Source of the DNA: Candidatus Heimdallarchaeum aukensis
GTDB lineage: Archaea; Asgardarchaeota; Heimdallarchaeia; Heimdallarchaeales; Heimdallarchaeaceae
DNA length: 64,000 bases
Direction: 5' to 3'
Assembly (NCBI GenBank): GCA_021513695.1
Contig: CP084166.1
Span: 864,001 to 928,000, forward strand
Shown here: positions 60,315-64,000 of the stretch, piece by piece
Layout of the letters: the number at the start of each line of letters is the position of its first letter
Position numbering within the stretch: the stretch's first letter is position 1
The notes under the pieces: generated by a model
Seen by the model: the letters and a program-made list of their open reading frames with translations, nothing else
The model's database searches: none
What the model was told of the DNA's origin: nothing
Program-made: the position numbers and the translations under genes

Positions 60315-61418
60315 ATGGGTCAACTTAACAAACCCCTTGAGCTATTAACCACCTTAAGCAACCATAATGGTTCTATTTCATCTATTAGAGCTGATAAAAC
60401 TTATCTTTACTCTGGTTCGAAAGATGATACTTTAAGAATTTTTAAAAAGAGTAGTTGGGAAGAGGTTACTTCTTTAGTTCATTCGTCTTGGGTTAATTGT
60501 ATAGAAGTAGACACTGAAAAGGTTTACTCTGGCTCTAGTGATTCAACTGTTCGAGTTTGGAAAAAAGGTTCCTGGGGTTTAATTTCTTCCATTAAACATT
60601 CTCGTTTTTCTATTGTTAAAGACATTGCCGTTGATAAAGAGCACTGCTATGTTGTTCTAACTGATCGCTCTTTGATTATCTATTCTAAACAAAAGTTTGT
60701 TGAACAGGATAAACTTACTCATACTGGCATAGTTCAATCAGTAGAGGTTGATAACACTAATATTTATTCATCTCTAAGCGATGGAACAGTTGTTATCTGG
60801 ACTAAGAATAATTACGAAGTGGAGAAAGTATTAACTCTTTCTTCTTTTAAAACAGTAGAACAGCTGGAAATAGATAATGCTTACATTTATACTTCTGTTG
60901 GCAAGAACATTAAAGTTTTTGATAAGAAAAAAAAGGAAGTGGTTAAAGAATTAAAAATCAACAAAGGTATAGTTTCTTTAACAGTCGACGACTCACTTTT
61001 ACTTGTAGCTTCTAAAGACAAGAAAGTTTACATGTGGAAGAAAGAAACATACAAAGAATACTCTCCTCTAATTATTGATAAAGCAATTACTTATATCTAT
61101 TCTGACAATGAATTTATTTATGTGGGTTGCAAAAATGGAGAAATAAAGATTTATACCCATCCAATAAAAAGAAAAACTATAAAAAAACAACCAACAAGAA
61201 CAAAAAAGGTTACTAAAAAAGCTGAAAAAGCCCAAAAAACAGAAGAGCCTATTAAAAAAACTAAAGAAGATAAAAAAGAAAAGAAAAAATCAAAGGATTA
61301 CACTGTCAAAGAAGCAAAAGAGCTTATGAGTAAAATGAGCAATGAAGAGATACTAGAGTTTACAGAAGGAGATAAAAGAGTAACAATACAGAAATATCGA
61401 GAAAAAGAACAAAAATAA
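60315..61418 (+). CDS. Seven-bladed WD40-type beta-propeller protein with a about 90-aa lysine-rich (histone H1/HMG-like) C-terminal tail
   Basis: Seven ~40-aa repeats end in motifs such as TLRIFKKSSWEE, TVRVWKKGSWG, TVVIWTKNNYE, KVYMWKKETYK and EIKIYTHP. The tail reads KKQPTRTKKVTKKAEKAQKTEEPIKKTKEDKKEKKKSKD. Confidence 0.6.
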   Translation: MGQLNKPLELLTTLSNHNGSISSIRADKTYLYSGSKDDTLRIFKKSSWEEVTSLVHSSWVNCIEVDTEKVYSGSSDSTVRVWKKGSWGLISSIKHSRFSIVKDIAVDKEHCYVVLTDRSLIIYSKQKFVEQDKLTHTGIVQSVEVDNTNIYSSLSDGTVVIWTKNNYEVEKVLTLSSFKTVEQLEIDNAYIYTSVGKNIKVFDKKKKEVVKELKINKGIVSLTVDDSLLLVASKDKKVYMWKKETYKEYSPLIIDKAITYIYSDNEFIYVGCKNGEIKIYTHPIKRKTIKKQPTRTKKVTKKAEKAQKTEEPIKKTKEDKKEKKKSKDYTVKEAKELMSKMSNEEILEFTEGDKRVTIQKYREKEQK

Positions 61419-61882
61419 CTATTTTGCTTTTTTTCTTCTAACACCTTTTTATTTCTTTAATTTTAATATTGGCTATTTTCTTAAATTAGAAAAATAATAC
61501 ATTTTCATAAAGGAAGAAAAGCAGAAATTGACATTGTAATAAAGACTGGCTTCAATTTAACCGTAGTTTCTGTAACAACAAGTAGAACAATAGGTTTGAT
61601 TAAATTAAAACTGTTTGAAGTTCTGCATGTTCTCTTAACCCAGTCCTCACAACTTTCGATATGTTTGTTGACCGGTTGGGTAGAGTCCTGAAGAAATTAA
61701 GTAAAATTTCAACTCATGGAACAAATCAAATTGGAGGAATTCATTCAATGGTTGTTTTGGTCACATTATTGGAAAAATAGCAAGTAGAACAGCTAAAGAG
61801 AGATATCTCTGTTTGAGTTAAAAAATAGAATAAAAATTGTAGGAAAAGAAAAAATAGGTAAGTTATCTGAAATATTACACGT

Positions 61883-63076
61883 TTAAGGTTGATTATACAT
61901 ATCTTGCTCTTTTAGCATTTTTGTTGTTTCTTTATATTTTTTATCTATTTTTTTCATTTTTTTAATAATTTTGTCTATTTGTTCGCGAAAAAGTTGATAC
62001 ATTCCATTTGTTTCGAATTTTAAATCGCTCATTCCTTTCATTACCGTTAAGGGATTTACTATTTGGTCTAGTAATTCTTCTAGTTCTTTTTTGTTCTGTA
62101 ATAATTGGTTTAGCGCTTTTTCTCTTTCTTCGTTAATTTCCAGCATTTCTATGGAAAAACCTAATTCGTTCGCTATTGTGCTAAGAATCACTTCTTCATG
62201 TTCAAAGAACTCTTCCCGTTCTGTTAATAATACCATTATCCCAAATTGTTTCTGTGCTGCGAACATTGGAATAATGACTATATAGCGTGGAGTTTTTCTC
62301 TGTAAAATTGTTGAAGGTACAGCAAGTTCTCTTGCAGAAAAAATTGCATTCTGGTCAAGTTTTACTTTTCTGTTCAATTTATCTAAAAAATTGTATAACT
62401 CTTGTTTTTCTACTTCAGTCAAGTGAGGTCTTGAATTGAGCAATTCTAGCTTTTCATCTTTTTTTCTCAAAATAAAACAATATGTGTAATCGCGGAACTT
62501 ACTTAGTTCTCTAGAGATTGTATCAACCAATACTTGTTTATCTTTAATGTAAATTAGTTTGTTTTGCACAGAAACAGTTACTTTTCCTAACTCGTATATT
62601 TTTTCCAGTTTTTTGGAAAGAAGTTCGAACTTTTCACTTGCTTCAATTAGTTTTTCCTCAGCAAGTTTTCTTTTGGTTATATCAACAGTATAACAAATAA
62701 AGACTCTTTTTCCTTCGTATGTGTAAAAGTTGCTAAAATAAACTCCTGAAATCAACCAACTTTTTTCACCGTATTTGATCTCTCGTTGCACATTTTTTGA
62801 AATCGCTATAGCTTTTTCCAATGGACATCCGCGAAATAGATTATTGACCCCGTGAACAAGATGAGAACAATATCTTCCTATAATTTGTTTTTTTTCTAAA
62901 CCCAATTTTTTTTGGAAAATATCATTAACTAACAGTATGTTATGCTTTTCATCTACTAAAATTATTGGATAAGAAAAACTATCTATGAAACTCTGGATTA
63001 TTGCTATACATTCTTTTGTTAGAATAATTTTCTCTTTTGGTAAACTTACTGGAAAAGTAACATCTTCTCTAATCAT
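61883..63076 (-). CDS. PAS plus GAF domain sensor protein (paralog of 54356-55588), no output domain
   Basis: Shares blocks with the other copy: F[PS][FY][YP]...L[IV]DE.H.I.L.N....GCPLE....ITKRK/ITAQK...plus a coiled linker, and C-terminal ...NPLTV[MI][QK]G... It has host-like NNA codon usage. Confidence 0.6.
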   Translation of the reverse strand: MIREDVTFPVSLPKEKIILTKECIAIIQSFIDSFSYPIILVDEKHNILLVNDIFQKKLGLEKKQIIGRYCSHLVHGVNNLFRGCPLEKAIAISKNVQREIKYGEKSWLISGVYFSNFYTYEGKRVFICYTVDITKRKLAEEKLIEASEKFELLSKKLEKIYELGKVTVSVQNKLIYIKDKQVLVDTISRELSKFRDYTYCFILRKKDEKLELLNSRPHLTEVEKQELYNFLDKLNRKVKLDQNAIFSARELAVPSTILQRKTPRYIVIIPMFAAQKQFGIMVLLTEREEFFEHEEVILSTIANELGFSIEMLEINEEREKALNQLLQNKKELEELLDQIVNPLTVMKGMSDLKFETNGMYQLFREQIDKIIKKMKKIDKKYKETTKMLKEQDMYNQP

Positions 63077-63131
63077 AGTTTTATGTTTAATTTTTTTTTT
63101 TACTTTTAAAGCTCACTATTTAGGAAAAAGG

Positions 63132-63977
63132 TTATCTTTTGCCTTTGAATTTTTTCTTTTTTCTTCTAACCATTAAAAGTACAAAACTTAGAGTTGCAAA
63201 AAAACCTAAATAGACTATCAACTCAAGAGCTGTTGGTTTGTCTTGATAACCAAATAACGATCTTAAGAATCGCCCTATTTCTGTATTTTTATCATCTATA
63301 AATCCACTAGTATCCCATAACTGTTTTTGTAGCCAATATGTTTCTGGCCCAAACCAGTTTATTTCTTGTAGTTCATGTATTCCATAAGTAAACATTCCTG
63401 CAGCAAAGAAAACTAGAAGAATACCTGTTGTTATGAAAAAAGCTTTTATGTTTATTCTCTTTCCTGATAGGAAAACTAAAGCAGCTACTATCAACGCTAC
63501 AACTAGACCTAATACCCCTGACCAAAGCATAGTAAAATAGTTTCCTTCTATTGCTTCTACTCCTGATAGAAACAGAACTGTCTCTACTCCTTCTCTTAGG
63601 ACAGAAAAAACTGTTAATAATAACACCCCGTATTTCTTGCTCTCTTCTAATGTTTGGTCAACCTTTCTTTCTAATCCTTCTTTTATTTTTGACCCCTCTG
63701 AGCTCATCCAGATTATCATCCAACCTAATAGGAGTGAAGCAATGATCATTGTAAAACCTTCAAATATTTCTTCATATCCGCTAAACCCACCTAGTAATAG
63801 TTGGAATAAGACTGCGAAAACGATTGATAGGACTATTCCTATTACCGTTCCTACCCATATCTGTTTTTTCAACTTTCTTTGCTCTATTTTAGAAACATAA
63901 ACTAAAAGTATTCCTACTATTAAAGCAGCTTCCAGAACTTCTCTGAAAGTTATTAGAAAACTGGCTGTGCTAAACAT
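63132..63977 (-). CDS. FTR1/EfeU-family high-affinity iron permease
   Basis: Two RExxE motifs in TM helices, FREVLEAALIVG and LREGVETVLFLSG. About 7 TM, 281 aa. Confidence 0.75.
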   Translation of the reverse strand: MFSTASFLITFREVLEAALIVGILLVYVSKIEQRKLKKQIWVGTVIGIVLSIVFAVLFQLLLGGFSGYEEIFEGFTMIIASLLLGWMIIWMSSEGSKIKEGLERKVDQTLEESKKYGVLLLTVFSVLREGVETVLFLSGVEAIEGNYFTMLWSGVLGLVVALIVAALVFLSGKRINIKAFFITTGILLVFFAAGMFTYGIHELQEINWFGPETYWLQKQLWDTSGFIDDKNTEIGRFLRSLFGYQDKPTALELIVYLGFFATLSFVLLMVRRKKKKFKGKR

Positions 63978-64000
63978 TAGACATTTCCATCCTTTTTCAT

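Noticed and set aside
1-64000. tRNA or rRNA genes
   Set aside because: No GC-rich cloverleaf-sized islands with T-loop-like GTTC[GA]A[AT]TC motifs were found. The GC-rich patches examined (21480-21700, 34740-35300, 36800-37520, 61600-61700) do not fold into tRNA-like patterns by eye. A tRNAscan or Infernal run would be needed to be certain.

Overview
This is an AT-rich (roughly 30% GC), compact, almost entirely coding window. Its content looks archaeal, possibly an Asgard-like or methanogen-like lineage; that guess is unverified and a low-GC bacterium cannot be excluded from sequence alone. Four things stand out.

- **Glycan locus (1 to 51 kb).** Positions 1-51 kb form one very large cell-surface glycan biosynthesis locus. 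It holds several GT4 and GT2 glycosyltransferases, a Dpm1/AglD-like dolichyl-phosphate glycosyltransferase, and a GT-C (PMT/ArnT-like) membrane transferase. Three MOP/Wzx-type flippases and three PAPS-type sulfotransferases sit in the same locus. Nucleotide-sugar genes include WecB plus a WecC-like dehydrogenase, a complete dTDP-rhamnose set (rfbA/C/D/B), and a GDP-sugar set: Gmd-like, a DegT-family enzyme with His in place of the PLP lysine (ColD-like 3-dehydratase signature), and an Fcl/ColC-like epimerase-reductase. Two membrane-anchored surface proteins are present: a double parallel beta-helix protein packed with N-x-S/T sequons, and a 9-blade beta-propeller with TSP3-like Ca-binding repeats and a perfect 69-bp tandem duplication.

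- **Decay zone inside the locus (34.7 to 48.5 kb).** This stretch contains two near-identical copies of an IS4/IS5-type insertion sequence, one with a frameshifted transposase. An IS6-like element with a 9-bp target duplication has inserted into a repeated ~150-bp intergenic element whose second copy lies at 28.3 kb. Several pseudogene fragments are present (epimerases, a Gmd-like gene, a DegT-like gene, one with an internal inversion). Three ORF-free segments have elevated GC.

- **Compositionally distinct island (about 54.0 to 61.5 kb).** This is the most striking feature. A one-strand block carries a PAS-GAF sensor, an AbrB-like protein, a TauE/SafE exporter, a TnpB element with a candidate omega-RNA, a P-loop kinase-like protein and a WD40 propeller with a histone-H1-like lysine tail. 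Its codon usage is NNT-biased (cgt/ctt/gct/tct/cct/ggt) and its sense strand is pyrimidine-rich, unlike the NNA/aga/tta usage elsewhere. That includes a PAS-GAF paralog just outside the island, which uses the host-like codons.

- **Ends of the window.** An FTR1 iron permease and a truncated large membrane protein lie at the window edges.

No rRNA, tRNA or CRISPR arrays were seen.
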